This document shows, one piece after another, positions 37,079-49,639 of a stretch of DNA of 64,000 nucleotides (the stretch's first letter is position 1; every line of letters begins with the position of its first letter). The stretch is from Selaginella moellendorffii (lineage: Eukaryota > Plantae > Lycopodiophyta). The stretch lies in NCBI RefSeq assembly GCF_000143415.4, contig NW_003314263.1, positions 870,165 to 934,164 on the forward strand, written 5' to 3'. Both the position numbers and the translations under genes were made by a program. Below the pieces are notes generated by a model, which was given only the letters and a program-made list of their open reading frames with translations, searched no databases and was not told where the DNA came from.

Positions 37079-37678
37079 ATGTTTCAAAGATATGATCTCT
37101 CTTCGCACTATTTGAATTTTAATTTTGTCTCCTGGAACTCAATGCTCGGATCTGTCACTGGAAACGGCAACTTAGAAGCGACAGTGTGGTTCTTTGAGCG
37201 TTTTCCCGAGAAGAACGTCGTCTCCTACAACACCATGATTGCGGGGAATCCTCAGGCCGGAGAGCTAAGCTCTTGCTTCGATCTGGTGGCGAGGATGGCA
37301 ATCGAGGGACTCACTCCGGACGAGCAATCCTTCTCCAGTGTTCTGGCTGCGTCCAGCCATGGCGGAAAGCTAGAACAGGGACTCCGCCACTTCGTGCTCA
37401 TGAGCGGCGACTTTGAAATCACATCTTTGAGGGAGCACTACGATTCAGTCACAGACATCCTGGGACGGGCCGGGAACCTGGAACTCGCTCGCGAGGTGGT
37501 CCAAGCCATGCCATTTCTCCCGGCTTGGGGATCGCTACTCGGTGGCTATCAGATGCAAAGTGGCCAAGGCTTCACGCAACGAGCAGCCAGGAGCGTTTCC
37601 GAGCTGGGCATGGGGCGGGCAAACAGCCATACCAAGTGGTACACAAATTCACGTTATATCATTGATTTTAAAATATGA
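37079..37678 (+). pseudogene. PPR 3' fragment (P3)
   Basis: VSWNSML..FFERFPEKNVVSYNTMI..HYDSVTDILGRAG. Confidence 0.8.
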
Positions 37679-37777
37679 TCTGTATGATCAAACTACACCC
37701 TGGTTTACATTTATCTCTTCATGTACTAACAGTAAGCGCTCACCAAGTTGGCTGATGGAGGCATGTATTTAACACAC

Positions 37778-38689
37778 TCACGCTGCTCGAACTTTCTTGA
37801 CAACCAAGTCGCTACTAAAACCGGGAGCACTCCTCTTCACTCCACAGCGCCTCCTCTTTTGAATCGTCTTACTGCTGCAATTCTCCACGATCCAGGGATG
37901 CTCCAGCACACCATCCAACGTCAACCTCTCGCTCGGCTCCACAGCCAGCATCCCGCAGATGAGATCCTCCGCCTCGTCTGAGAGAGGACAACCATCCGGG
38001 AATTCCCCGGCTCGCAACAACTCGATTTCCCTGGATTGCTTGTAGCCTCTCAGCAGCTCATATGCGATCACTCCCAGCGCCCACACGTCGATGGCCGCAG
38101 TGTAAAAGCTCTGCGACCTTGCGTCACCCTTGCAGCTCGTCACCTCCGGGGCCATATACTTCCCGGTTCCACAGCACTGCGACATCTCCTTGGGGTCGTC
38201 CGTGGCCACGCCGAAGTCTCCAATCACCACCTCGTGCACGGCAGCAGCGCCCAGCTTGACGAAGACGTTCTCCGGCTTGAGATCCCGGTGGACGATGCCG
38301 CTGCTATGTATCCCCTTGAGCGCCTCCGCCAGCCTCTGGATGGTCTTGGCGGCCTCCTCCTCGCCCAGCGGCCCTCCCTTGATCAATCGATGGAACAGGC
38401 TAGGACCGCACAGCTCCATCACCATGGTCCCGTAGCAAGCCCCGCCGCTCCTCTCCTTCACGAAGCCCGCCAAGGAGACCACTCCAGCGCAGCCGCGGAG
38501 CTTGGACATGAGCCGGAGCTCTCTCCCGGCGTCCCTCCCCGCTCGAAACATCTTTCCGGCGTAGCTCGTGGCCCCCTTGAGCACGAAAACCTGGCCCTGG
38601 CTCCCGCAACCCAGCCTCTGGCCCCTCGTGTAGATCTTGAGGAGCTCGGCACAATCATCGTCCTCAAACTCAACGTCTTGGCGGACCAT
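37778..38689 (-). CDS. Kinase type C, copy C3, intact
   Basis: All catalytic motifs present. Differs from C1/C2 by E>Q, I>V and DAT>GAA. Confidence 0.9.
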   Translation of the reverse strand: MVRQDVEFEDDDCAELLKIYTRGQRLGCGSQGQVFVLKGATSYAGKMFRAGRDAGRELRLMSKLRGCAGVVSLAGFVKERSGGACYGTMVMELCGPSLFHRLIKGGPLGEEEAAKTIQRLAEALKGIHSSGIVHRDLKPENVFVKLGAAAVHEVVIGDFGVATDDPKEMSQCCGTGKYMAPEVTSCKGDARSQSFYTAAIDVWALGVIAYELLRGYKQSREIELLRAGEFPDGCPLSDEAEDLICGMLAVEPSERLTLDGVLEHPWIVENCSSKTIQKRRRCGVKRSAPGFSSDLVVKKVRAA

Positions 38690-39655
38690 CGCAGAGCTTC
38701 TCCTCTCGCGCAAGCTTCCTTGAGATGAGAAATAAAAAGGGTAGAAACCCTAGCTTCTCATAACGACTATTTGTCGACGGTTGGGATGGCGTTCTGCCGT
38801 CGGATGAGATGTGACTGCGATCTAGCCGAGAATAATCTAATTGTTTATTGAATATTCACTATTGACCCGTCACCTTCTTGGGAGTTGACGCCCCAAGCTT
38901 GTTCTTGGGGTTGTGCGTGGTGTTGAGTTGCCAGACCAGCTTTTGCAAGTTCCCCGACCTCCCCGGCAAACACATCAAAGTTCTTCCTAGTAGTTCATCC
39001 ACTTTGCATGCGTTAGATCGAGGAGTGAAGGTTTGGAAACTTGCCTTTGTATGAGAAACACGCAACTCCTTGAGAAGGAGCACGAGCTCCTCCAGTTTCC
39101 AGTTGATTGCAAGTCGTTTATAATCCTAGAACAAAGCTTGCAAGGTGAATCCTTGTGAAGAACATGAAAGGTTTGTAGAGGAAGCAAACCTTGTAGCTTT
39201 GCTCGTATACAGGACATGCTTGCAGTTCTGGGAGCCTCAGCCGCTCCCTGTGCTTTCAAATCCTCAATGTCTCGCTCACTAGAACTCCTTTTAAAAACCA
39301 ACATGTTAAACTCATTTAGAAACTTGTTTTTTTATTTTTTTAACAAGTTTTTCTTTAATCTCACTTAATGAGTTTTTCTTAATCATTTTAACGTCTATAT
39401 TTCACCATCAATCATTCTGTCTTTGCCGATTTTGATATGTAAGTGCATAAATGTTCTGAGGCAAGCCTTTCACGTGTTGCAGCCAGGTGACTTGGCCTTC
39501 CTCTCTACTTCAAAAACCTGATCAACATAAACATACCAAGCTTCATGAGCAGTCCTTGGTGCTCTCACTTGAAGAATATCATGAGATTTTGGCCATATTG
39601 GAACAACATCCCCTGATTCAAGAAGTTTACATGGTAGCCTTGAGGATTTTACATC

Positions 39656-42490
39656 CTAAACAATTTGATCTCCACGCCATTTTCCATCTGGGATCAGAAC
39701 CACACATATCTCATGCTCTATGAGCTCAACAGGTTGAATGCAATCAACGCTGAACTTATGCATTGCGCTTGTAAGCAGATGCATACTCGAAAACTCATAT
39801 TTTTCTGGATGGCCATTTGTTATTTCATAACGAAAATAATCTACTGCAAAGTAAACCTGCAAGAGAATACAAAATATACATAACATAAAATAAAATAAAA
39901 TATGCTTTAACTTGTAGCTTTGTTCAAACTTATGACTAAAAGCATATTTAAACTTCTTAATCCAAGGAAGTTCTTCCCAAGTTCGATTCTTCACTACAAT
40001 GTGAACATTTTAGCCTCCAAAGATATATCCCACTGCGAAAGTAAATTTGAAGTGAATCACCTTGTTATTGGACTATGCATCCTCACTTTTATTGTTGAAT
40101 CCTGCAATTGCATTAAGCTCATGAACACCAATAGGTCACTTAACTCCCTTGCCAATAAGAATTCCCTTCTCCTTTATCAGATCGTCCCTGTTAGAGTTTG
40201 GAGCGTCTGCAAATAAAGCTTTAGCTACTGCTTGGCAAAATACTCCATTACATCATGGGGAAAAAGGATTGAAAACATTGCAGAGAAAGAAAGTGTTTGA
40301 TTAGCATTGGTGTTTTTAACTTCTTGCAAGCATTTTACAAACAATCCTTCCCAATGGTTTCGAGGAAGAAGATGATCATGATCTTGAAAGAGTAAAGCTT
40401 GTACTCTAGTAAAAAACAACCTGGGAAAAAACAAATTAGAAATGATTTATCCTATTATTGTTTGAAGCACCTGTTATGGATCCTAGAGAAAGTAATATGT
40501 CCATTTGTTTGTGATTTGTCTTCATGTTGTTAAATCTCACTAGAACATTTTACCAATAACACTCCTGATAATAAACAGTCCAAAACTAGCAATGACTCAA
40601 CATTTCAACCATGGTCTCATCCAAAGTCATAAAAAATCATTGCAATAACAGTGTTTAGTTATATAAGTTTAAGATCATCTAGATCCTCTAGNNNNNNNNN
40701 NNNNNNNNNNNNNNNNNNNNNNNNNNNNNNNNNNNNNNNNNNNNNNNNNNNNNNNNNNNNNNNNNNNNNNNNNNNNNNNNNNNNNNNNNNNNNNNNNNNN
40801 NNNNNNNNNNNNNNNNNNNNNNNNNNNNNNNNNNNNNNNNNNNNNNNNNNNNNNNNNNNNNNNNNNNNNNNNNNNNNNNNNNNNNNNNNNNNNNNNNNNN
40901 NNNNNNNNNNNNNNNNNNNNNNNNNNNNNNNNNNNNNNNNNNNNNNNNNNNNAATGTAGAGCAGATTTGCCTCTTGGTCCATAACTCTTTTCTGTAGAGG
41001 TATTTCCCATTTGAAGATGATTAATAGCTACCTCGACTTCTTCCATCGTTTGACATTGGTCTCAGTCTCTTGGTTTTCTGCCAAACATCTCTATAAAGTT
41101 TCTACTTTCTAGTATTACGAATTGAGCAATATCTACATGGATTTCCTCCCACTGCAAAGAATAGAAAATATAAAGTGGTTACAAATGATTAAATAGAAAA
41201 AAGAACTTACTAAAGCTCATCTTCAATAGCTCACATGCTGAACTTTTGTTCAAGCCCTAAAATCTAAACTACTGAAAGTTAAATATAAAGTTTATTTATA
41301 ATGAATATTTAGTTGCGTGTCCATTCAGGTACAAATCTTCTAACTGTTGCATGATATGATCTAAAAAGACATCAAGAACATTTGCATTGTCCATATTGTT
41401 AGGTAGCTCATCCTTCTAAATATACAATACTGGCAGAATGAGTTCCTCAACCTCGTGAATGCCTTGTGTCCCTTCGTTGAGCATGACAATATTATGCTTC
41501 TCATTTTAGTTGATGTTACTTGAAAACCATCAGCATATAGCATTAGTGCTAAATTTTGTGGATCACCATTTGCAAACCTTGGATTGCATGGGACATCACT
41601 GCTGCATTCTGGGCATGTAGTAAAACTACAACCATGACAATGATTGTACTATTGACTAGAGAACGTATATGTCTTTGTGGCCAAGTCTGAATCCATCTCT
41701 TGCATGACAAGCAGTGAATTGGAAGCTCAAAAGTTCTACCACTATCGCAGAATGCAAAGTACTTTATCCATTTTGAACTATGCCAAACTTGTTTCATTGT
41801 ACCCTCCATCTTTGGATCACGTTTATGTTAAAGTTCATTGAAGTTGATGGTAGTCATAAGTTCAATCTTTCTATGATTAGTTTAGGGTTTAGGGGTTCAA
41901 ACCAATCTGTTCAATGAACTTTCACCGTCAACCAAACCAAGAAACTTTAATGAAGGTGCATTATCGTGAAAACAAACAGCATGACACTGCACAATCCTAT
42001 GTCTTTGTAAGGGGTTTGCATTAACTCTGTGGTATCGTAATTCCACCACCACGAGCACTCAAAAGTTTGGGAAGAGAACCATCACCGTCATCCTTAAATC
42101 AAATCTGTAATATATCATCCGTCATATGCTGCGAGCAATGAGGCTTATCCAGCAAGGCCATCATACTCAAAATCTTTTGGAAAGCATTGTCATCATTAGA
42201 CAAAACCTTTGTACTAGTGACTGAAGAAACTTAGTAGTTGTGAATCTATAAAAAGTTTATGTTTTGGTGTCATGATATTTATATTTGATAAAAGACATAG
42301 AAACTAATCAATTTTTACACCATTATATAATCCATACCATCAGTTGCCTTAAAGTTAGTGTAGCTGGAGCCCTCACTTGTAGTAGCATCTAAAAAAAAAC
42401 AAAAACAAAAATGATTTAGGATCTAAAATCAAATTCAGTTTTAAAACCAAGAGGATTTCTTAACTTGCATTATGCACATAAGCACCTGAA
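39656..42490 (-). mobile_element. Decayed CACTA-like transposase, copy T3 (extra deletions; spans the gap)
   Basis: Direct repeat of T1, including MLYADGFQ and QVWHSSKW. Confidence 0.68.
40692..40952. other. Assembly gap (261 N)
   Basis: Run of N. Size matches the corresponding ~264-bp stretch of T1. Confidence 0.98.
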
Positions 42491-44399
42491 AACCATGGTA
42501 TAAGTCTAATTAAGCTCTGAACTTATAAATGTAAAACTATATGTGTTTTAATACTTATATAATTATGTAATAATACATATATTTCAAAACTTATATGATA
42601 CAAACTCATATTGATTTTATAATTTTTCTTGACTCAAACTTAACATTAAAACTCAGTAGCTTTTAGTGTTTTAGAAGTTTATAAGAAATACTTGTTTTTG
42701 GAGTGTTGATTTCAATTTATAATTATGTTATTTTACCTGTCTAGAGATAACACACACCAATCTATCAAATTAGAGGCACTTAATTAGACCAATAAAGAAT
42801 AACAAACAAAAAAGTACAAGGATTTAGTTAGTATTATTTTCTACTTTATTTTATCAAAAACTTTGATAATTACCTAGTACTATTTAAATATAAACATGAT
42901 TTTGCTAAAGTATTATTATTTATTACATAAAACTAGTTAATTTATTTAAGCTAGTTATTCTATATATAGAGAGAGAGGGTAAAATGTAAATGTTTAAAAT
43001 ATAAGTAATTATATTTAGAAAAATTTTATCTTCTCACTACTAAAATCAAGAAAGTTTAAACATTTTAATTTTTGATGAATAATATCATGAAGAGAAAGAG
43101 TCTAATGACAAAAAATAATATCCATGAAATTATGAAAGCAAAAAAAATTATATTATTTCTTTTTAATCATTAAAAATATTTTTAATTAATACATTTTCTC
43201 TTTCACAAACTTCTATACAAGCACAACCTTCTATTTAGCATTAAACATAATGAGATTTAGGAACTTCGCATTATAAGTCATAATTGACCTTGTTTAAATA
43301 ATAAATAAATTTTTTATCCTATTTTATATTTAATTTATTTTTTAATCTTTCTTATTGAAAATTTAGTAAAAAATCTATTTGATTGAAGAGAAAATAAAGT
43401 TTTTTTAATAGAAAAGGAAAGTGAAATATTTTCATAGTAAATTTCACATTATTTATTAGTTATGTTAAATATTTTACATCATTGCAAAAAGAACTTCTAA
43501 AATAAAATTTGGAAGTAAAGACTAGTGGGATTAACTATTAAACACTATCGAAGTATGATCTAGCAAAGTTATTAAAGTTTTTGGTTCTTGTATTAATTTT
43601 TTGGTTTTTTATTAATGATGTAACCTTTTATTGATGCACTACAACACCATCATAATTTGAGCACACTCTTTTTTAAATATACTCATCAGTTTTTCTATTT
43701 GTGCAACTATTAGTAGTGTTACAATTATATCCTTCACTCACTAATCTAATGGATTTACTTTTCACTCACTATAGTTATGAATTATAGCCATTTTCAAATG
43801 TATGTACTTCCTATTGCAATTACTTCCTCTTCCACTCCACCATAGTCACAAAAGATCTTTAAAGTACATGATGACTTGGAAATAATTATAAAAATAATGT
43901 CAGAGTTTGAAATAAATAAAATTAATATTTTTCATTTATTAATTTTATAATGCCCATACTATTTGTTATTGAGTTGTTCCTTTTCATGGTATTGCAAATC
44001 AAAAATTAAAAATTTTAAGAATTTCCTTATGAAGGGTTACATTGCTATTTATAACTTTATAAAGGTGTGGTGATGGATTTATTTAATTATTTAAATTTTA
44101 ATAATTTTCATATTTCTCATAAATAATATATTTTTAGGCTTAAAATAAATACACTAATTTATGTAAGAGAAATTATATGTACTAGATAATTATATATAAA
44201 AATATATGATTGATCCTTACCAGTCTCATTAGGTACCCTTATACTTAATAAATTGGTCTGTGTCATCTCTAGAAAAGCAAAACAACATAGTTGTAAATTG
44301 AGATTAACACTCCAAAAAAAAGTGCTTCTTGTGAACCTCTAAACATTTCTAGCTATATAAGCTTCCACAATCTTTTGATCTCGTATTTCTTGGTAGAAA

Positions 44400-44917
44400 G
44401 ATTGAGCAAGACATCCAGGATTTGGAAGCACAGGGAGCAGCACACTAGGGGCTTGTCACAGTACGAGCAAAGCTACAAGGTTTGCTTCCTTTGCAAAGCT
44501 TTCATGTTCTTCACAAGGATTCAACTTGGGAGCTTTTTTCCAGGATTGAAAATGCAGATAAACAACTTGCAATCAACTTGTGACAGGAAACTAGAAGAGC
44601 TCGTGCTCCTTGTCAAGGACTTGAGTGTTTCTCAGGCAAGTTTTCAAGCCTTCACACCTCAATCTAACATGTGCAAAGTGGATGATCTACTACGAAGAAC
44701 TTTGATTCTTTTGCAGGTTTACCTTGCAACAGATTATTTTCGTTATGAAATAACAAATGGCCATCCAGAAAAATATGAGTTTTCGAGTATGCATCTGCTT
44801 ACAAGTGCAATGCATAAGTTCAGCGTTGATTGCATTCAACCTGTTGAGCTCATAGAGCATGAGATATGTGTGGTTCTGATCCCAGATGGAAAATGGCGTG
44901 GAGATCAAATTGTTTAG
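44400..44917 (+). mobile_element. 3' fragment of a divergent paralogue of the transposase-like gene (exon-intron-exon)
   Basis: Reads YEQSYK|gtttgc...ttgcag|VYLATDYFRYEITNG, versus FEQSYK|short intron|VYFAVDYFRY in T1-T3. Confidence 0.5.
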
Positions 44918-45903
44918 GATGTAAAATCCTCAAGGTTACCATGTAAACTTCTTGAATCAGGAGATGTTGTTCCAATATGGCCAAAATCTCATAATATTCT
45001 TCAAGTGAGAGCACCAAGGACATCTCATGAAGCTTGGTATGTTTATGTTGATCAGGGTTTTGAAGTAGAGAGGAAGGCCAAGTCACCTGGCTGCAACACG
45101 TGAAAGGCTTGCCTCAGAACATTTATGCACTTACATATCAAAATCGGCAAAGACTATCTTGGTTAGAATCATTGATGGTGAAATATAGACGTTAAAATGA
45201 TTAAGAAAAACTCATTAAGTGAGATTAAACAAAAACTTGTTAAAAAAATTAAAAAAACAAGCTTAAGTAGTTTCTAAATGAGTTTAACATGTTGGTTTTT
45301 AAAAGGAGTTCTAGTGAGCGAGACATTGAGGATTTGAAAGCACAGGGAGCGGCTGAGGCTCCCAGAACTGCAAGCATATCCTGTATACGAGCAAAGCTAC
45401 AAGGTTTGCTTCCTCTACAAACCTTTCATGTTCTTCACAAGGATTCACCTTGCAAGCTTTGTTCTAGGATTATAAACGACTTGCAATCAACTGGAAACTG
45501 GAGGAGCTCGTGCTCCTTCTCAAGGAGTTGCGTGTTTCTCATACAAAGGCAAGTTTCCAAACCTTCACTCCTCGATCTAACGCATGCAAAGTGGATGAAC
45601 TACTAGGAAGAACTTTGATGTGTTTGCCGGGGAGGTCGGGGAACTTGCAAAAGCTGGTCTGGCAACTCAACACCACGCACAACCCCAAGAACAAGCTTGG
45701 GGCGTCAACTCCCAAGAAGGTGACGGGTCAATAGTGAATATTCAATAAACAATTAGATTATTCTCGGCTAGATCGCAGTCACATCTCATCCGACGGCAGA
45801 ACGCCATCCCAACCGTCGACAAATAGTCGTTATGAGAAGCTAGGGTTTCTACCCTTTTTATTTCTCATCTCAAGGAAGCTTGCGCGAGAGGAGAAGCTCT
45901 GCG

Positions 45904-46815
45904 ATGGTCCGCCAAGACGTTGAGTTTGAGGACGATGATTGTGCCGAGCTCCTCAAGATCTACACGAGGGGCCAGAGGCTGGGTTGCGGGAGCCAGGGCC
46001 AGGTTTTCGTGCTCAAGGGGGCCACGAGCTACGCCGGAAAGATGTTTCGAGCGGGGAGGGACGCCGGGAGAGAGCTCCGGCTCATGTCCAAGCTCCGCGG
46101 CTGCGCTGGAGTGGTCTCCTTGGCGGGCTTCGTGAAGGAGAGGAGCGGCGGGGCTTGCTACGGGACCATGGTGATGGAGCTGTGCGGTCCTAGCCTGTTC
46201 CATCGATTGATCAAGGGAGGGCCGCTGGGCGAGGAGGAGGCCGCCAAGACCATCCAGAGGCTGGCGGAGGCGCTCAAGGGGATACATAGCAGCGGCATCG
46301 TCCACCGGGATCTCAAGCCGGAGAACGTCTTCGTCAAGCTGGGCGCTGCTGCCGTGCACGAGGTGGTGATTGGAGACTTCGGCGTGGCCACGGACGACCC
46401 CAAGGAGATGTCGCAGTGCTGTGGAACCGGGAAGTATATGGCCCCGGAGGTGACGAGCTGCAAGGGTGACGCAAGGTCGCAGAGCTTTTACACTGCGGCC
46501 ATCGACGTGTGGGCGCTGGGAGTGATCGCATATGAGCTGCTGAGAGGCTACAAGCAATCCAGGGAAATCGAGTTGTTGCGAGCCGGGGAATTCCCGGATG
46601 GTTGTCCTCTCTCAGACGAGGCGGAGGATCTCATCTGCGGGATGCTGGCTGTGGAGCCGAGCGAGAGGTTGACGCTGGATGGTGTGCTGGAGCATCCCTG
46701 GATCGTGGAGAATTGCAGCAGTAAGACGATTCAAAAGAGGAGGCGCTGTGGAGTGAAGAGGAGTGCTCCCGGTTTTAGTAGCGACTTGGTTGTCAAGAAA
46801 GTTCGAGCAGCGTGA
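45904..46815 (+). CDS. Kinase type C, copy C4, intact (protein identical to C3)
   Basis: Translation identical to C3. Confidence 0.9.
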   Translation: MVRQDVEFEDDDCAELLKIYTRGQRLGCGSQGQVFVLKGATSYAGKMFRAGRDAGRELRLMSKLRGCAGVVSLAGFVKERSGGACYGTMVMELCGPSLFHRLIKGGPLGEEEAAKTIQRLAEALKGIHSSGIVHRDLKPENVFVKLGAAAVHEVVIGDFGVATDDPKEMSQCCGTGKYMAPEVTSCKGDARSQSFYTAAIDVWALGVIAYELLRGYKQSREIELLRAGEFPDGCPLSDEAEDLICGMLAVEPSERLTLDGVLEHPWIVENCSSKTIQKRRRCGVKRSAPGFSSDLVVKKVRAA

Positions 46816-46914
46816 GTGTGTTAAATACATGCCTCCATCAGCCAACTTGGTGAGCGCTTACTGTTAGTACATGAAGAGATAAATGTAAACCAGGGTGTAG
46901 TTTGATCATACAGA

Positions 46915-47235
46915 TCATATTTTAAAATCAATGATATAACGTGAATTTGTGTACCACTTGGTATGGCTGTTTGCCCGCCCCATGCCCAGCTCGGAAACGC
47001 TCCTGGCTGCTCGTTGCGTGAAGCCTTGGCCACTTTGCATCTGATAGCCACCGAGTAGCGATCCCCAAGCCGGGAGAAATGGCATGGCTTGGACGATCTC
47101 GCGAGCAAGTTCCAGGTTCCCGGCCCGTCCCAGGATGTCTGTGACTTAATCGTAGTGTTCCCTCAAAGCTGTGATTCCAAAGTCGCCGCTCACGAGCTCC
47201 GAGCATTGAGTTCCAGGAGACAAAATTAAAATTCA
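46915..47235 (-). pseudogene. PPR 3' fragment (P4) with an internal deletion of ~250 bp
   Basis: Mirror of P3, but jumps from WNSMLG directly to the SGDFGI region near 47195. Confidence 0.72.
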
Positions 47236-47855
47236 AACAGTGCAAAGAGATATCATATCTTAGAACATAATTATAATAATTTATATGATATCGCTTTTAA
47301 TTAAGATATTATGTATTTTTAATTTTTTTCTTTAGTTTAGTAATTATATTATTAATTATTCTGGGATTATATAAATTTTTAATGACAGAGCTAAGTTAAA
47401 TCAATACTATCAGACCATAAAAGGCTCATAAAGGCTATAGCATTGAGTTATAATATTATTGAAGCATATAGTTAAAAAGTATTATTATTATAGTTTTGGA
47501 ATATGTATTAGTAATTGAGACTAAATAATATTAAAATATTTTAATACATAATTTTAATAATGGGGATGTCGAGAGGTCGTCCAAGCCATGCCATTTCTCC
47601 CGGATCTTCTGGCTTGGAGATTGCTACGCGGTGGCTACCAGCCAAGGCTTCACGCAACGAGCAGCCAGGAGCGTTTTCGAGCTGGGCTTGGGGCGAGCAA
47701 ACAACCATACCAAGTGGTACACAAATTCACGTTATATCATTGTTTTAAAAATATGATCTGTATGAAAAAACTACACCCTGGTTTACATTTATCTCTTCAT
47801 GTACTAACAGTAGGTGCTCACCAAGTTGGCTGATGGTGGCATGTATTTAACACAC

Positions 47856-48640
47856 TCACGCTGCTCGAACTTTCTTGACAACCAAGTCGCTACTAAAACC
47901 GGGAGCACTCCTCTTCACTCCACAGCGCCTCCTCTTTTGAATCGTCTTCTTCATCTTACTGCTGCAATTCTCAACGATCCACTCCAGCACACCATCCAGC
48001 GTCAACCTCTCGCTCGGCTCCACAGCCAGCATCCCGCAGATGAGATCCTCCGCCTCTGAGAGAGGACAACCATCCGGGAATTCCCCGGCTCGCAACAACT
48101 TGATCTCCCTGAACTGCTTGTAGTCTCTCAGCAGCTCATATGCGATCACTCCCAGCGCCCACACGTCCATGGCTGTAGTGTAAAAGCTCTGCAACCTAGC
48201 GTCGCCATGACCATCCTGCAGCTCGTCACCTCCAGGGCCATATGCGACATCTCCTTGGGGTCGTCCGTGGCCATACCGAGCGCAGCATTTGCTCGAAGAG
48301 ATCCAACACGCTGCTCGTGTCTCCCGCGTGGCTGTGAGCTTCCAGCAGCGAGTTCCAAGTCCCCAGATCTTGCTGCCTCGATCCATGGAGCGGAAGACTT
48401 GGCGAGCTTCGTCCACACTCCCGCACTTGCCATAGAAGCTGACGAGCGAGCTCCCAACAACGGGATCGTCCCTGTGGAGTGATCCAATCTCCTCGGCGTG
48501 GATCTTCCTCCCAGTTTCCAGATCCCCCAGGCTTCCACAGGCTTTGAGTACCGCGGCAAAAGTTAGAGAGTCGAGCTCCACCGCCAGCCTCGCCACTCTC
48601 CACATAGCCGAAGATGAGAGTGTTTACGCAACAGGTCCTC
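47856..48640 (-). pseudogene. PPR-kinase C chimera (C'2); a 1-bp deletion joins the PPR frame and the kinase C-lobe in one ORF
   Basis: The 249-aa ORF 47856-48605 starts with PPR L/S motifs and ends DVWALG...KKVRAA. Confidence 0.78.
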
Positions 48641-49639
48641 GATTGTGATGGTAACAAATGAGCTCGTGGAAGTTCCAGAGGTGATCAGAGATGGATTGTT
48701 TGCGAGGCAGCACAAGGTTGTGGAGACAAGAAGCTACTGCATCACGCAGCTCGTCCTCTGCAATCTTCATGTCCTGGCCATGAATCACAAGCCCGGTCTA
48801 CTTTGGGAGGATCACTGCCTGCCAGTTTCTGGTTTATTTTATCTTTTACTTAAAGGTCTAGAAATATATTTTTATTTTAAAATTATTTTTGAAATCTATG
48901 AGATTTTGCAAATTTCAGCATTTGCAAATCTATTTGCCTTTGTGCAATCTTTTTGCTAGGCCATATTGGTACAAGAGGATGGGAAGTAGGGATGATGAAG
49001 AGTGATATAAACAATTTTTACATTATTAAGGAGTGGTATGTACAAAATTAAGTGTAAAGTGGATGGTAAATTTTTTGCATGTGAGGAATTATCCAATTGA
49101 AGGCTTGATCATCAATAACACACTCCCAGATGGAGGCCTACAAGAGGAAGTTGAGGCAGAGATCGATAAACATATATGTACATTACCCCATGCCATGCTC
49201 CATGATTTACAAGACTTGTCATGGAGCACTCTACCACCAATATACTTCTAGTGCCAAAACAGTGTTTAATTGCAACAAAGTTCCAATTTGTAACTCTATG
49301 CGAGGTGTGAACATTTTCCAACTCAAGGCTAGAGTGTATTACCTTGCCTCTCACATGAAACAGTGCACTAACTTATCTTTAACAGAGTTCTAACCTTGTA
49401 ATAGGGAATAAAAAAAAGGCATGAACCTCCTCCTAAGGGAGCAAACTCTAAAGCAAGCATTAGAGAAGGAATGTAGCTGAGGCAGAGATTGAGGCATTGG
49501 CCCATTTCTCAAAGATCATGGATCAAATAATCTTCAAAAGCACAAAACTAAAAAAAAGCAATGGAGCCATGGTACATAAAAGTGAAAGTGCAAAATTAAA
49601 AATAGCAATGGAGCTATAAAATGGAGGTTTTAAGGGATA

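Larger units (their letters stand above)
34887..49461. repeat. Palindrome 2: arms ~34887-39860 and ~44710-49461, spacer ~4.9 kb containing an N gap
   Basis: Mirror ORF pairs 37778/46815 and 38713/45880 (sum 84593), 35678/48657 and 34954/49393. Confidence 0.9.

Noticed and set aside
43636-43720. CACTACAAC and TAGTAGTG words as possible CACTA termini (also ~21978 and ~21025)
   Set aside because: No matched TIR pair with a TSD bracketing the transposase. Such short words are expected in AT-rich DNA.
13559-49461. Whole repeat structure as a pure haplotype mis-assembly
   Set aside because: Four or more distinct variants per module, unique junctions, micro-inversions and ungapped fold-back centres exceed what two haplotypes explain. 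Contig order across the two gaps remains unverified.
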